Shown: positions 36,680-46,409 of the stretch, piece by piece
Position numbering within the stretch: position 1 is the stretch's first letter
How the letters are laid out: every line of letters begins with the position of its first letter
Assembly: GCA_007694015.1 (NCBI GenBank)
Contig: RECO01000152.1
Span: forward strand, 7,660 to 71,659
Reading direction: 5' to 3'
DNA from: Geminicoccaceae bacterium
Lineage (GTDB): Bacteria; Pseudomonadota; Alphaproteobacteria; Geminicoccales; Geminicoccaceae
DNA length: 64,000 bases
Notes under the pieces: model-generated
The model's database searches: none
What the model was told of the DNA's origin: nothing
Seen by the model: the letters and a program-made list of their open reading frames with translations, nothing else
Made by a program: the position numbers and the translations under genes

Positions 36680-38215
36680 TTGAACCTCGCCCGCGCGGCC
36701 GCGATCGTCGGCTCGAACACGATGTTGTCGCGCGTCTTCGGCTTCGTGCGCGACGTCATGATCGCCCGCGTGCTGGGTGCGGGCGTGGCGTCGGACGCCT
36801 TTTTCGTCGCCTTCAAACTCGCCAACTTCCTGCGTCGGCTGTTCGCCGAGGGCGCCTTCAACGCCGCCTTCGTCCCGCTGTTCTCCAAGGCCCTCGAAGC
36901 CGACGGCAAGGCCGAGGCCAAACGGTTCGCCGAAGAGGCGCTGGCCGGTTTGAGCCTCGTCCTGTTGCTCGTGGTGCTCATCGCCCAGCTGTTCATGCCG
37001 CAGATCGTCGGCTTTCTGGCAGCCGGCTATGCGGCGGACGATCCACGGCTGGCGCTTGCCATCGAACTCAGCCACATCACCTTCCCCTATATCCTCTTCA
37101 TCTCGCTCACCGCCTTGTTCGGCGGCGTGCTCAACGCCGTCGGCAAGTTCGGCGCCGCCTCCTTCGCGCCGGTCATCCTCAACCTGGTCTTGATCGGTGC
37201 GATGCTGCTCGCGCAGCTGCACCCGGCAAGTCCGGCCCATGCGCTGGCCTGGGGCGTTGCCGTGGCCGGTGTCCTGCAACTCGTCTACGTGATGCGGGCG
37301 GCTTGGTTGCAAGGGTTCGACCTGCGCTTGCGACGCCCGTGCTGGTCGCCACGGATTCGCCGTCTCGGCCGGCTGATCGTGCCGGGGGCGATCGGCGCTG
37401 GTGTCTATCAGATCAATCTTTTGGTCGATTTGTGGTTCGCCTCGCACCTGCCGCCTGGTGCGCAGTCGTTCCTCTTCTACGCCGACCGGCTGGTGCAATT
37501 GCCGTTGGGCGTCATCGGCGTTGCCATCGGCACGGCACTCTTGCCGATGCTCAGCCGCGAAGTGGCGAGTGCAGCACCGCACCGGGCCGCAGCGACCCTC
37601 AACCGCGCCATTCACTTCGCCATGTTGCTCACACTGCCGGCCACCGCTGCCTTGCTCTTGATCGCCCAGCCGATCGTCGGCGGCCTGTTGGAGCGTGGCG
37701 CCTTCGACGCCGCCGCCACCGCCGCGACCGCAGCGACGCTCGAGGCCTTCGCGGTGGGTCTGCCGGCCTATGTGCTGGTCAGGGTGATGGCGCCGGCGTT
37801 CTTCGCCCGGGAGGACACGACCACGCCGGTGCTGGTTGCCGCCGTCGCCCTGGCGGCGAACATCGGCTTCATCCTGCTCTTGATCGATCACTTCGCTCAT
37901 GTCGGCATCGCCCTGGCGACCGCCGGCTCGACCTGGATCAACGTGGCGCTCCTGGCCCTGCTCCTGCACCGGCGGGGCTATTTCCGCCCCGATCCCTGGC
38001 TCGCCGGCAGGCTGCTCCGGAGCCTTCTGGCCACGGCCGGGATGTGCGTGGTGTTGGTGCTGGTGGCCAGCCACACCGCCGAGTGGCCCGTTCTGTTGGC
38101 GCTGCTGGCGCTGGTCGGCGCCGGCGGCGCCGCCTTCGGCCTCCTGGCTCTGGTCACCGGCGCCGTGCCACGCAGCTTCTTGGACCTGGTGCTACGCCGC
38201 CAGGCCAGTGGTTGA
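36680..38215 (+). CDS. murJ: lipid II flippase MurJ (MviN)
   Basis: TTG start. IVGSNTMLSRVFGFVRDVMIARVLGAGVASDAFFVAFKLANFLRRLFAEGAFNAAFVP. Polytopic membrane protein. Confidence 0.95.
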   Translation: MNLARAAAIVGSNTMLSRVFGFVRDVMIARVLGAGVASDAFFVAFKLANFLRRLFAEGAFNAAFVPLFSKALEADGKAEAKRFAEEALAGLSLVLLLVVLIAQLFMPQIVGFLAAGYAADDPRLALAIELSHITFPYILFISLTALFGGVLNAVGKFGAASFAPVILNLVLIGAMLLAQLHPASPAHALAWGVAVAGVLQLVYVMRAAWLQGFDLRLRRPCWSPRIRRLGRLIVPGAIGAGVYQINLLVDLWFASHLPPGAQSFLFYADRLVQLPLGVIGVAIGTALLPMLSREVASAAPHRAAATLNRAIHFAMLLTLPATAALLLIAQPIVGGLLERGAFDAAATAATAATLEAFAVGLPAYVLVRVMAPAFFAREDTTTPVLVAAVALAANIGFILLLIDHFAHVGIALATAGSTWINVALLALLLHRRGYFRPDPWLAGRLLRSLLATAGMCVVLVLVASHTAEWPVLLALLALVGAGGAAFGLLALVTGAVPRSFLDLVLRRQASG

Positions 38216-38275
38216 CGCCGCCCGGTCTTCGTGCCCTAAACCCGCGCGCCTTTCCCTCCCAACGGACTGCCGTCG

Positions 38276-39280
38276 ATGCAACGTCGTATTTTTTCCGGTG
38301 TCCAGCCCACGCACGGGCTTACCCTCGGCAATTATCTGGGGGCGATCCGCAACTGGGTGCGGCTGCAACGCGACTACGAGTGCATCTACTGCGTCGTCGA
38401 CCTGCACGCCCTGACGGCGGTGCATGACGCGACGGCCATGCGGCAGAACACCCGCGAAGTCGCAGCCGCACTGCTCGCCTGCGGCATCGACCCGGCCGAG
38501 AGCGTTCTCTTCGTCCAGAGCAACGTCGCTGCCCACTCGGAACTGGCTTGGATCTTCAACTGCATCACGCCGTTGGGATGGGTCAACCGCATGACCCAGT
38601 TCAAGGAGAAGGCCGGCAAGAACCGCGAGAACGCGCCCTTGGGGCTGTTCGCCTATCCGGTGCTGCAAGCCGCCGACATCCTGGCCTACAAGGCCACCCA
38701 TGTGCCCGTCGGCGAGGACCAAAAGCAGCATCTGGAGCTGTCGCGCGACATTGCCGGGGCCTTCAACCGCAAGTTCGTCGCTGACTACTTCCCGATCCCG
38801 GAGCCCTTGATCCTCGGCGAGGCGACACGTGTCATGTCGCTGCGCGACGGCACCAAGAAGATGAGCAAGTCCGACCCCTCGGACATGTCGCGCATCAATC
38901 TCACCGACGATGCCGACGCCATCGCCTTGAAATTCCAAAAGGCCAAGTCCGACGCGCTCAGCGGCCTCAGCGTCGACCCCGAAAACCGCCCCGAAGCCAC
39001 CAACCTCTTGACCATCTACGCCGCCTTGAGCGATCGCCGCGTCGCCGACGTCGCCGAGGAATTCGCCGGTGCCTCGTTTTCGGAGTTCAAACGCCTGCTC
39101 GCCGACCTCGCCGTCGCAACCCTGACCCCGATCGCCGCCGAGATGCGCCGCCTGTTGGCCGATCCGAGCCATCTCGACGCGGTGCTGGCAAGCGGCGCCG
39201 AGCGCGCCCAAGCCATGGCGGCGCCGATCCTCGATGAGGTCCGCGACGCCGTGGGCTTTTTGCAACCCAAGCCGAGGTGA
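38276..39280 (+). CDS. trpS: tryptophan--tRNA ligase
   Basis: [18 protein letters not shown] (HIGH-type) and the KMSKS motif GTKKMSKSD. Confidence 0.95.
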   Translation: MQRRIFSGVQPTHGLTLGNYLGAIRNWVRLQRDYECIYCVVDLHALTAVHDATAMRQNTREVAAALLACGIDPAESVLFVQSNVAAHSELAWIFNCITPLGWVNRMTQFKEKAGKNRENAPLGLFAYPVLQAADILAYKATHVPVGEDQKQHLELSRDIAGAFNRKFVADYFPIPEPLILGEATRVMSLRDGTKKMSKSDPSDMSRINLTDDADAIALKFQKAKSDALSGLSVDPENRPEATNLLTIYAALSDRRVADVAEEFAGASFSEFKRLLADLAVATLTPIAAEMRRLLADPSHLDAVLASGAERAQAMAAPILDEVRDAVGFLQPKPR

Positions 39281-39345
39281 GCGGGGCAAGCAGGCAGAGG
39301 GGGATTGTCGCAACCATCCCAGACCCTGGCGGAGGCGAGCCACAG
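39281..39345 (-). repeat. GC-hairpin/polypyrimidine-tail element, degenerate copy
   Basis: GCGGGGCAAGCAGGCAGAGGGGGATTGTCGCAACCATCCCAGACCCTGGCGGAGGCGAGCCAC aligns by eye with 6201-6261. It begins directly after the trpS stop. Confidence 0.4.
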
Positions 39346-39613
39346 GAACAACGGCGCTGCATATCCGGCCCAGTTGCCTGGCCGTGATGCCAACCCGCCC
39401 CCCCCCGGTCCTGCGGCTGCTTCGCCCTACCGTTTTGTCATCATAGCGACGATCCCCACGCACCCTGCACGTTCGCGGCGCCGCTTTCGCGAAGCTCGCT
39501 TTCAAAAATGGTTTCCCGCGTCGGGATGCGGGGCTTGGCTTGCCCGCGGTGCGATGGCTTCGGTTCACACCGCCCGAGGAGAGCAGCCCGTTTGAGCCTC
39601 GCCTCATCGCCGC

Positions 39614-40375
39614 TCAGAGTTGCACGCCTTTCGTCAGCGCCCCGTCGATGACCAGGTTGGTGCCGGTGGTGAAGGACGAGGCCGGACTGGAGAGGAAGAC
39701 GACCCCTTTGGCGATCTCGTCGGCGGTGGCCATGCGCCCCGTCGGGTTCAGGTCGAGCGCTTGCTTGAACAGGGTCGGGTTGTTCTGCTCGATCCACTGC
39801 CAGATGCCGCCCTCGAAATAGGTGTTGCCGGGCGAGACGGTGTTGGCGCGGATCATCTTCGGCGCCAAGCGATAGGCGAGGCCCTGGGCGTAGTGGACGA
39901 GCGTGGCCTTGAACCCGCCATAGGCCGGACCGGTGAAGTCGATCTCGCGGCCGGAAACGCTCGAAATGATGGTGATGGCCGGCTGCTTCGACTGCTCCAG
40001 CCACGGCAGGGCGGCGTTCGCGGCGCGGACGGTGTGCATCAGGTCGGTCTCGAAGCCCTTCATCCAGGCTTCCTCGCTGTCGTCGACGGCGAGCGCCGAG
40101 ACGTTGGCGACCAACACGTCGATCCCGCCGAGGGCCTCGGCCGCAGCCTTCACCCAGGCTTCCAGCGCCGCCTTGTCGGCCACGTCCACCGCTTGGCCGA
40201 ACGCCTTGACACCTTTTGCCTCGAGGCTGGCGATCGCCGCGTCGATCTCGGCCTGACCGCGGGCACAAATGGCCACGTTGGCGCCCTCGTCGGCGAAGCG
40301 TTCGGCGCACGCCCGGCCGATGCCCTTGCTGCCGCCGGTGATCAGAATGTTGGCGCCCTTCAGGCCCAAGTCCAT
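39614..40375 (-). CDS. SDR family oxidoreductase
   Basis: Start MDLGLKGANILITGGSKGIGRA, then the catalytic YGGFK. Confidence 0.9.
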   Translation of the reverse strand: MDLGLKGANILITGGSKGIGRACAERFADEGANVAICARGQAEIDAAIASLEAKGVKAFGQAVDVADKAALEAWVKAAAEALGGIDVLVANVSALAVDDSEEAWMKGFETDLMHTVRAANAALPWLEQSKQPAITIISSVSGREIDFTGPAYGGFKATLVHYAQGLAYRLAPKMIRANTVSPGNTYFEGGIWQWIEQNNPTLFKQALDLNPTGRMATADEIAKGVVFLSSPASSFTTGTNLVIDGALTKGVQL

Positions 40376-40401
40376 CGGTCGTCCCCTCGTTCGGTTCGCG
40401 C

Positions 40402-41388
40402 TTAACCGAGATAGGCTTTCTTGATCGAGGCACCCAGGCTGTATTTGGGGTCGACCATGTTGCCGACCCGCAGCTTGCCCGCCTGGGTGCAGAGGAAATA
40501 GGCCTCGCTCTCCTCGAAGCCGAAATCGGCCACCAGCCAGCGGATCAGGTCGCGATAGGCCATGCGTGCCGCGTCCTCCATCGGCCGGGCACTGCCGACG
40601 CTCATGATAAAGTCCTCGGTCTCGAGGCGCACACCGGGGATCGCCCAGTTCGGGATCAGGTCGACCTGCAGGGTGACCGTCGCCGGCATCTCGACCGCCA
40701 CCCCGCAAAGCTCGCCGTCGCCCTGCCGGCCATGGCAGTCGCCGACGTAGAGATAGGCACCCTCGTGCTGCACCGGAAAATAGACGACGGCACCAGGGGC
40801 CACGTCCGGCAGGTCCATGTTGCCGCCCCAATAGTCGGGCTGCAGCGAGGTTACCGCCTCGATCTCCGGGCTGACGCCGAGCGTGCCGATGAAGGGCTCG
40901 AACGGCAGCGTGATCTTGTCGTTGAATTGAACGCCTTCCGGCGTGACGATCATCTTCTTGACGCGCTCGGGCAAGGGCGGGTTGAGCATGGCGGTCGTGC
41001 CGGTGCTGACGAGGCCACCGAACTCGGTGATCAACGCCGTCGTGCCGGCTGGCTGCGGGCCGCGCGGCAGCACCGAGCGGATGTAGACCGCGAGCACGTC
41101 ACCCTTCTTGGCTCCCTTGACATGGATGGGGCCGCATTGCGGGTTGACGAAGGGCATGTTCAAGACCTCGGACGGCACGTCCTGCTCGGTCTTCAGCTTG
41201 CCCTCGAAGGCGTCCTGGGTTTCGGCGACGACGACGTCGCCCGGCTCGATGTGCAGCACGGGCTCGGCATAGGGACCGTAGACGTAACGATACGCACCTT
41301 GCTTGGCCTCGGTCAGCTGATGTTCTCTGCCGGCGTGGCCCTTCGCGACGCCCCGCCGGCCCATATAGGAGTGGGTGATCCAGTCCAT
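40402..41388 (-). CDS. acetamidase/formamidase family protein
   Basis: Start MDWITHSYMG..., then NPQCGPIHVKGAKKGDVL, GGNMDLPDV and YVGDCHGRQGDGELCG. Confidence 0.85.
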   Translation of the reverse strand: MDWITHSYMGRRGVAKGHAGREHQLTEAKQGAYRYVYGPYAEPVLHIEPGDVVVAETQDAFEGKLKTEQDVPSEVLNMPFVNPQCGPIHVKGAKKGDVLAVYIRSVLPRGPQPAGTTALITEFGGLVSTGTTAMLNPPLPERVKKMIVTPEGVQFNDKITLPFEPFIGTLGVSPEIEAVTSLQPDYWGGNMDLPDVAPGAVVYFPVQHEGAYLYVGDCHGRQGDGELCGVAVEMPATVTLQVDLIPNWAIPGVRLETEDFIMSVGSARPMEDAARMAYRDLIRWLVADFGFEESEAYFLCTQAGKLRVGNMVDPKYSLGASIKKAYLG

Positions 41389-41541
41389 CGTCGGCTCCTC
41401 CCGCCACCATTCGTGCAGGCCAAGCAGGTGACAGGCGGCAGGCAGCCCCGTCAATGGGGTGACGGTTGGGCGCGACACCGGCTGGATCGACCGGCCGGCG
41501 GCGGCTACGCTTGCGCCGTCGGCAAGGGGGGGGCGTGGCGC

Positions 41542-42339
41542 TTGGGCCGCGATGCGGAGACCATTCCAGCGCGGCGACGGGCGCGCATCGTCGAGCAGGT
41601 GCGCCTGCGCGGTGCCGCGTCGGTGCAGGAACTCGCCGCCGCCCTCAACACCTCCGCCTCGACCATCCGTCGCGATCTGGAGCTGTTGGAAAGCGAGGGC
41701 CATGTCGAGCGCACCCATGGCGGGGCGCTGTTGCAGGAGCCGACGCGCTCCAGCTTCGAGCCACCGGCGAGCCTCCGGGCCTGGGTGCAGTTCGACGCCA
41801 AACGGGCCATCGGCCGCGCTGCGGCGCTGCGCATCGAAGCCCGCCAAAGCGTGGTGTTCGATAGCAGCTCCACCGTGCGGGCCGCGGCCGAGGCGGTGGT
41901 CGCCCGCAATCTCGCCCTGACCGCGGTCACCAACGACCTCGCGATCGCCCAAGTCCTCGCCGGCAGCCCGCAGATCAAGACCGTGGTCACCGGCGGGACC
42001 GTGCGCGCGGGCTCGACCACTTTGCTCGGCGAGCCGGGAGCGAGCCTGCTCCAGGGGCTTGCCGCCGACATCGCCTTCGTCGGCGCGCATGCGGTGAGCG
42101 CCGGCGGCCTCAGCGACACGGCCCTCGACGTCGCCGCCACCAAGCGCGCGCTCCTGCGCGCCGCGCGCCGCGTCGTCCTCTTGATCGATGCGACCAAGTT
42201 CCGGCCACCTGCCTTCGCTCGGATCGTCGGCCTCGACGCGGTCGACGAGGTCATCGTCGACACCGCCGCACCGCCGGACGCACGGCACATGCTGGAGGAC
42301 GCCGGCTGCATCTTGACGGTGGTGGACGTGGGATCGTGA
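41542..42339 (+). CDS. DeoR-family transcriptional regulator
   Basis: HTH RRARIVEQVRLRGAASVQELAAALNTSASTIRRDLELLESEGHVERTHGGA, plus a DeoR C-terminal sensor domain. The start is uncertain. The TTG at 41542 is the only in-frame candidate I found upstream of the HTH. Confidence 0.75.
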   Translation: MGRDAETIPARRRARIVEQVRLRGAASVQELAAALNTSASTIRRDLELLESEGHVERTHGGALLQEPTRSSFEPPASLRAWVQFDAKRAIGRAAALRIEARQSVVFDSSSTVRAAAEAVVARNLALTAVTNDLAIAQVLAGSPQIKTVVTGGTVRAGSTTLLGEPGASLLQGLAADIAFVGAHAVSAGGLSDTALDVAATKRALLRAARRVVLLIDATKFRPPAFARIVGLDAVDEVIVDTAAPPDARHMLEDAGCILTVVDVGS

Positions 42340-43421
42340 CGCCGACCGTGCTTGCCGACGACGTCACCGGCGCGCTCGACACGGGCGTCGCCTTCGCGGC
42401 CCCGGACCAGCAGCCCCTCACCGTCCACCTGGAGCTGCCCGACCGGATCGACGGCGGGGTGATCGTCGTTCCGACCCGCGAAGCCAGCCCTGCTGCCGCC
42501 ATAACGATGACACGAGCCGTTATGGCACGGCTGGCGCCACAGGGCTTGGTCTTCAAAAAGATCGACAGCCTGTTGCGCGGCCACTGGGCCCTGGAACTCG
42601 CCACGATGTTGGCCGGCCACGGCTTTCGCCGCTGCGTGCTGGCGCCGGCCTTCCCGGCGCAACACCGCGTCACCGTCGACGGCCGCCAATGGCTTCGCCA
42701 ACCCGACGGCAGCCTGACGCCCGTAGGCGCGTCGCTGTTGGACCGGCTGCAGCAGGCTTCTGTCAGAGGGGCGCTCTGGCGCGCGGGCACACCGCCGCCG
42801 CAAGCGCCGGTGCTGGTCGCCGATGCCGGCACCGACGACGACCTCCGCACCGTGGTCGACGCGGCCGCGACGCTGCCTGGCCCCGTGCTTTGGTGCGGCA
42901 CGAGCGGCCTCGCCCGCGCCCTCGGCCACCCGCCGACCGTCCGGCCCGACGTGCCAACACCATGCTTGGCCCTGATCGGCACCGCGCACCCGACGACGCT
43001 CGGCCAAGTCGCCGCACTGCGCGCGAGCCTCGACGACCACATGGTCGCCTTGAGGCGGGGTGACGACACCGCGCTTGCCCGCCTGGCGGCACGGCCCGCA
43101 ATGGTCGTGACGTTCCCCATCGCGGCCGGGGCCGACGCCGACCGCGAGATCGAATCCTGTCTCCGCTGGCTCCTGCCCCGGCTCGCCCCGCCGCGCACCC
43201 TGTTCGTGACCGGCGGCGAGACGCTGTTGCGCGTCGCCCGAGTGCTCGAGGTCGAGCGCCTGGCGGTCGAAGCCGAGTGGGTGGCGGGGGTGCCTTGGTC
43301 ACGCTTGGTCGGCGGACCCTGGCACGACGTGGCGGTGCTGTCGAAGTCCGGCGCCTTCGGTGAGCGCGATCTGTTGCCGCGCATGGTGCGCGCTGCGTTG
43401 CAGCATTCTGATTGTTTTTGA
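42336..43421 (+). CDS. four-carbon acid-sugar kinase family protein (DUF1537)
   Basis: GTG start overlapping the deoR stop. N-terminal LADDVTGALDTGVAF is the family hallmark. Confidence 0.8.
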   Translation: MTPTVLADDVTGALDTGVAFAAPDQQPLTVHLELPDRIDGGVIVVPTREASPAAAITMTRAVMARLAPQGLVFKKIDSLLRGHWALELATMLAGHGFRRCVLAPAFPAQHRVTVDGRQWLRQPDGSLTPVGASLLDRLQQASVRGALWRAGTPPPQAPVLVADAGTDDDLRTVVDAAATLPGPVLWCGTSGLARALGHPPTVRPDVPTPCLALIGTAHPTTLGQVAALRASLDDHMVALRRGDDTALARLAARPAMVVTFPIAAGADADREIESCLRWLLPRLAPPRTLFVTGGETLLRVARVLEVERLAVEAEWVAGVPWSRLVGGPWHDVAVLSKSGAFGERDLLPRMVRAALQHSDCF

Positions 43422-43479
43422 CAAGTCTCGCGCGTTCCTGCACAGCTCCCTACGACGAAAGCGTCATTTGGGGGGAATC

Positions 43480-44514
43480 GTGACGCCACGTGTGGCGATC
43501 ACCATGGGCGATCCGGCCGGGATCGGACCCGAGATCATCTTGAAGGCCGTGGCCCGGCTGCGGCCGCGGCTCGCCCGCGGCGAACTCGCGCTATTGGTGG
43601 TCGGCTCCACCGCCAGCCTGCGTGCCACCGCCCAGGCCCTCGGCCTCGACGACCACGACATCGCCGACGTCACCGGCACGCCGTCCGCCGCATGGCCAAC
43701 CTTGGCGTGCCTGAACGTGGCTGCGGCGGGCGAGCCTGCCGTGCCGGGGCAGTGGTCGGCCGCGACCGGCGAGGTGGCCTATCAGGCCATCCGCGAGGCG
43801 GTCCGACTGGCGCTTGCCGGTGACGCCGCGGCCATCGTGACGGCACCGTTGAGCAAGGAGGCCCTCAGCCTCGCCGGGCACCCCTTCGCTGGGCACACCG
43901 AGCTCCTGGCCGAGCTTACCGGCGCGCGCGATTCGGTGATGATGCTGGCCCATGGCGGGTTTCGCGTCAGCCATGTCACCACCCACACCGCCCTCCGCGA
44001 CGTGCCGGCGAAGGTGACGCCCGGTCGCATCCGCCGGGTGGTCGAACTGACCGATGCGGCGCTGCGCCGACTGGGGATTTTGACCCCACGCATTGCCGTT
44101 GCGGCGTTGAACCCTCATGCCGGCGAAGGCGGGCTGTTCGGCCGGGAGGACCTCGACGTCACCGCCCCTACGCTCGAGGCGCTAAGGGCGGAAGGCTACG
44201 GCGTCGAAGGGCCGGTGCCGGGCGACACGGTGTTCGTCAAGCTCAAGGCCGGCCAGTTCGATGCGGTCATCGCCATGTACCACGACCAGGGGCACGTCCC
44301 GGTCAAGCTCCTGGGCTTCGACGTCGATCCGGCGACGGGCAGCTTCCGCGCCCTCAACGGCGTCAACGTTACCCTCGGGCTGCCCATCATCCGCACCTCG
44401 GTCGACCACGGCACGGCGTTCGACATCGCAGGCCAGGGGGTGGCCAATGCGGACAGCCTGATCGAAGCGGTCGACTACGCACTGCAACTGGCAAAAGCGC
44501 CCCGAGCGGCGTGA
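43480..44514 (+). CDS. PdxA-family 4-hydroxythreonine-4-phosphate dehydrogenase homologue (PdxA2-like)
   Basis: GTG start after GGGGGA. ITMGDPAGIGPEI, GHTELLA, NPHAGE and SVDHGTAFDIAG. Confidence 0.85.
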   Translation: MTPRVAITMGDPAGIGPEIILKAVARLRPRLARGELALLVVGSTASLRATAQALGLDDHDIADVTGTPSAAWPTLACLNVAAAGEPAVPGQWSAATGEVAYQAIREAVRLALAGDAAAIVTAPLSKEALSLAGHPFAGHTELLAELTGARDSVMMLAHGGFRVSHVTTHTALRDVPAKVTPGRIRRVVELTDAALRRLGILTPRIAVAALNPHAGEGGLFGREDLDVTAPTLEALRAEGYGVEGPVPGDTVFVKLKAGQFDAVIAMYHDQGHVPVKLLGFDVDPATGSFRALNGVNVTLGLPIIRTSVDHGTAFDIAGQGVANADSLIEAVDYALQLAKAPRAA

Positions 44515-45371
44515 GCAAAGAAGCGGTCGGCGCGAAACCGGCCGCGCGACGAGGGGAGGAAAAACGCATGGCAACCGCCATGGCCGAGGCCATGACCGGG
44601 GGCGGGCAGGAGGCGGTGCCCCTGCTCGAGGTCAAACATCTGGAGAAACGCTTCGGCGGGGTGCGCGCCCTGCGCGGCGCGTCCTTGACCATCCAAAAAG
44701 GCGAGACGGTAGCGCTGGTGGGCGACAACGGCGCCGGCAAGTCCACCTTCGTCAAGGCGATCGCCGGGGTGCAGCCACCGGACGGGGGTGACATCCTCTT
44801 GCACGGCGAAAAGGTGAGCATCGGCTCGACCAAGGACGCCGGCCGGCTCGGCATCGAGGTGGTCTACCAGGACCTGGCGTTGGCCAACTCCATCGATGTC
44901 GCCGGCAACGTGTTCCTCGGCGACGAGCCGCTGAAGTTCAAGCTCGGCTGGTTTTCGGTGCCGGACTTCAAGCGGATGGAGCGCGAAACCCAGGCCGTGT
45001 TGGAGCGGCTTCGGATCAAGATCCCCAACCCGCGCCGCCCGGTGAGCCAGCTCTCCGGCGGCCAGCGCCAAGCGGTGGCGATCGGCCGCTCGATCCGCAA
45101 GGAGGGGGGGATCTCGCTCCTCATCCTCGACGAGCCGACGGCAGCGCTGGGCGTCGAAGAGGTGCGCAAGGTTTTGGCCCTGATCCGCACGCTCAAGGAG
45201 CACGGCCAGACCATGTTGATCATCTCCCACGACCTGGAACACGTCTTCCACGTCTCCGATCGGATCGCGGTCATGCGGAGTGGGCGCGTCCATGCCGTGC
45301 GCGAAACCGCCAAGTCGACCAAGGCGGAGATCATCCACCTGATCGTCGGCGACATCGAGGAGCACGGCTGA
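44511..45371 (+). CDS. sugar ABC transporter ATP-binding protein (single NBD)
   Basis: Walker A GDNGAGKST, signature LSGGQRQ, Walker B LLILDEPT. The start is the GTG at 44511 overlapping the pdxA-like stop, or the ATG at 44568. Confidence 0.9.
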   Translation: MSKEAVGAKPAARRGEEKRMATAMAEAMTGGGQEAVPLLEVKHLEKRFGGVRALRGASLTIQKGETVALVGDNGAGKSTFVKAIAGVQPPDGGDILLHGEKVSIGSTKDAGRLGIEVVYQDLALANSIDVAGNVFLGDEPLKFKLGWFSVPDFKRMERETQAVLERLRIKIPNPRRPVSQLSGGQRQAVAIGRSIRKEGGISLLILDEPTAALGVEEVRKVLALIRTLKEHGQTMLIISHDLEHVFHVSDRIAVMRSGRVHAVRETAKSTKAEIIHLIVGDIEEHG

Positions 45372-46369
45372 TGGCCACCACCTCCAGCACCACCGCTGCC
45401 GAGAGCGTCAGGCCGACGGTGATGGACAGCGTGCGCGATCGACTGGCCGATCTGCCGTTTCTCAACGTACTGATCGCGAGCGTCCTCCTCTATGCGGTGT
45501 TCACCTACATCACCGGTGACACCTTCAATACCTGGAACAACCAGGTGACGATCATGCGGGCGGCGGCGATCTTCTTGATCCTCGCGGTCGGCCAGACCTT
45601 GGTCATGACCACCGGTGGGATCGACATTTCGACCGGCTCGATGGTCGGCGTGGTCGGTGCGATCATCGGCTCGGGCCTGCAGGCGGGGAGCATCGACCCG
45701 ATCCTCGCCATCCCCTACGCCCTGTTGCTGGGGGCTTTCTTGGGCGCCATCAACGGCTTCAACGTCACCGTGCTCGGCGTGCCGCCGCTCTTGGCAACGC
45801 TCGGCACGTTCGTCGCCTATCGGGGCTTCACCCAGCACTACATGGGCGTGAACCTGGTGACGGGTCTGCCGGACGTGGTCGTCGCGATCGGCCGGAGCAC
45901 CTATTTCGGCGTGCCGATCTCGGTCTACGTGGCGATCCTGGTGGCGATCCTCGGCTGGTTCGTGCTCAACCGCACGCTCTACGGCCGCTACATCACGGCC
46001 ATCGGCAGCAACCCGAAGGCGGCCGAGGCCACGCGCATCAACGTCAAGCTGATCACGGCTTCGACCTACGCCATCCAGGGTGCTTTGGCCGGCCTCGCCG
46101 CCCTGGTCTTGATGGGCCGGCTGAACAGCTCGTCCGCCGCCATGGGCGAAGGCCTCGAACTGCACGTCATCGCCGCCGTGGTGCTGGGCGGGACGTATCT
46201 GTTCGGTGGCCGCAGCACGATGGTCGGCGCCGTTTTGGGCGTCTACCTCATCGGCATGCTGGAGAACGGCCTGATCCAAACGGGTGCCGGGTTCTTCGTG
46301 CAGCGAATGATCCTGGGCGCCCTCATCATCGCCGCCGTGGCGCTGCAACTGCGCCAGCGTCGAACCTGA
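45371..46369 (+). CDS. ABC transporter permease (ribose/CUT2-type)
   Basis: About 9-10 TM segments and the RbsC-like motif GGIDISTGSM. TGATG junction with the ATPase gene. Confidence 0.9.
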   Translation: MATTSSTTAAESVRPTVMDSVRDRLADLPFLNVLIASVLLYAVFTYITGDTFNTWNNQVTIMRAAAIFLILAVGQTLVMTTGGIDISTGSMVGVVGAIIGSGLQAGSIDPILAIPYALLLGAFLGAINGFNVTVLGVPPLLATLGTFVAYRGFTQHYMGVNLVTGLPDVVVAIGRSTYFGVPISVYVAILVAILGWFVLNRTLYGRYITAIGSNPKAAEATRINVKLITASTYAIQGALAGLAALVLMGRLNSSSAAMGEGLELHVIAAVVLGGTYLFGGRSTMVGAVLGVYLIGMLENGLIQTGAGFFVQRMILGALIIAAVALQLRQRRT

Positions 46370-46409
46370 ACCACCGCAGCAAAAAAACGTCCTCAGGGAG
46401 CCAACGACC

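Noticed and set aside
33812-38074. 1420-aa ORF on the minus strand, the longest in the track
   Set aside because: It is exactly antisense to glnD and murJ, which both have unmistakable motifs. Its translation is Arg/Gly/Asp/Gln-rich low complexity with no recognisable domain. This is the typical stop-codon-poor antisense frame of a high-GC genome.
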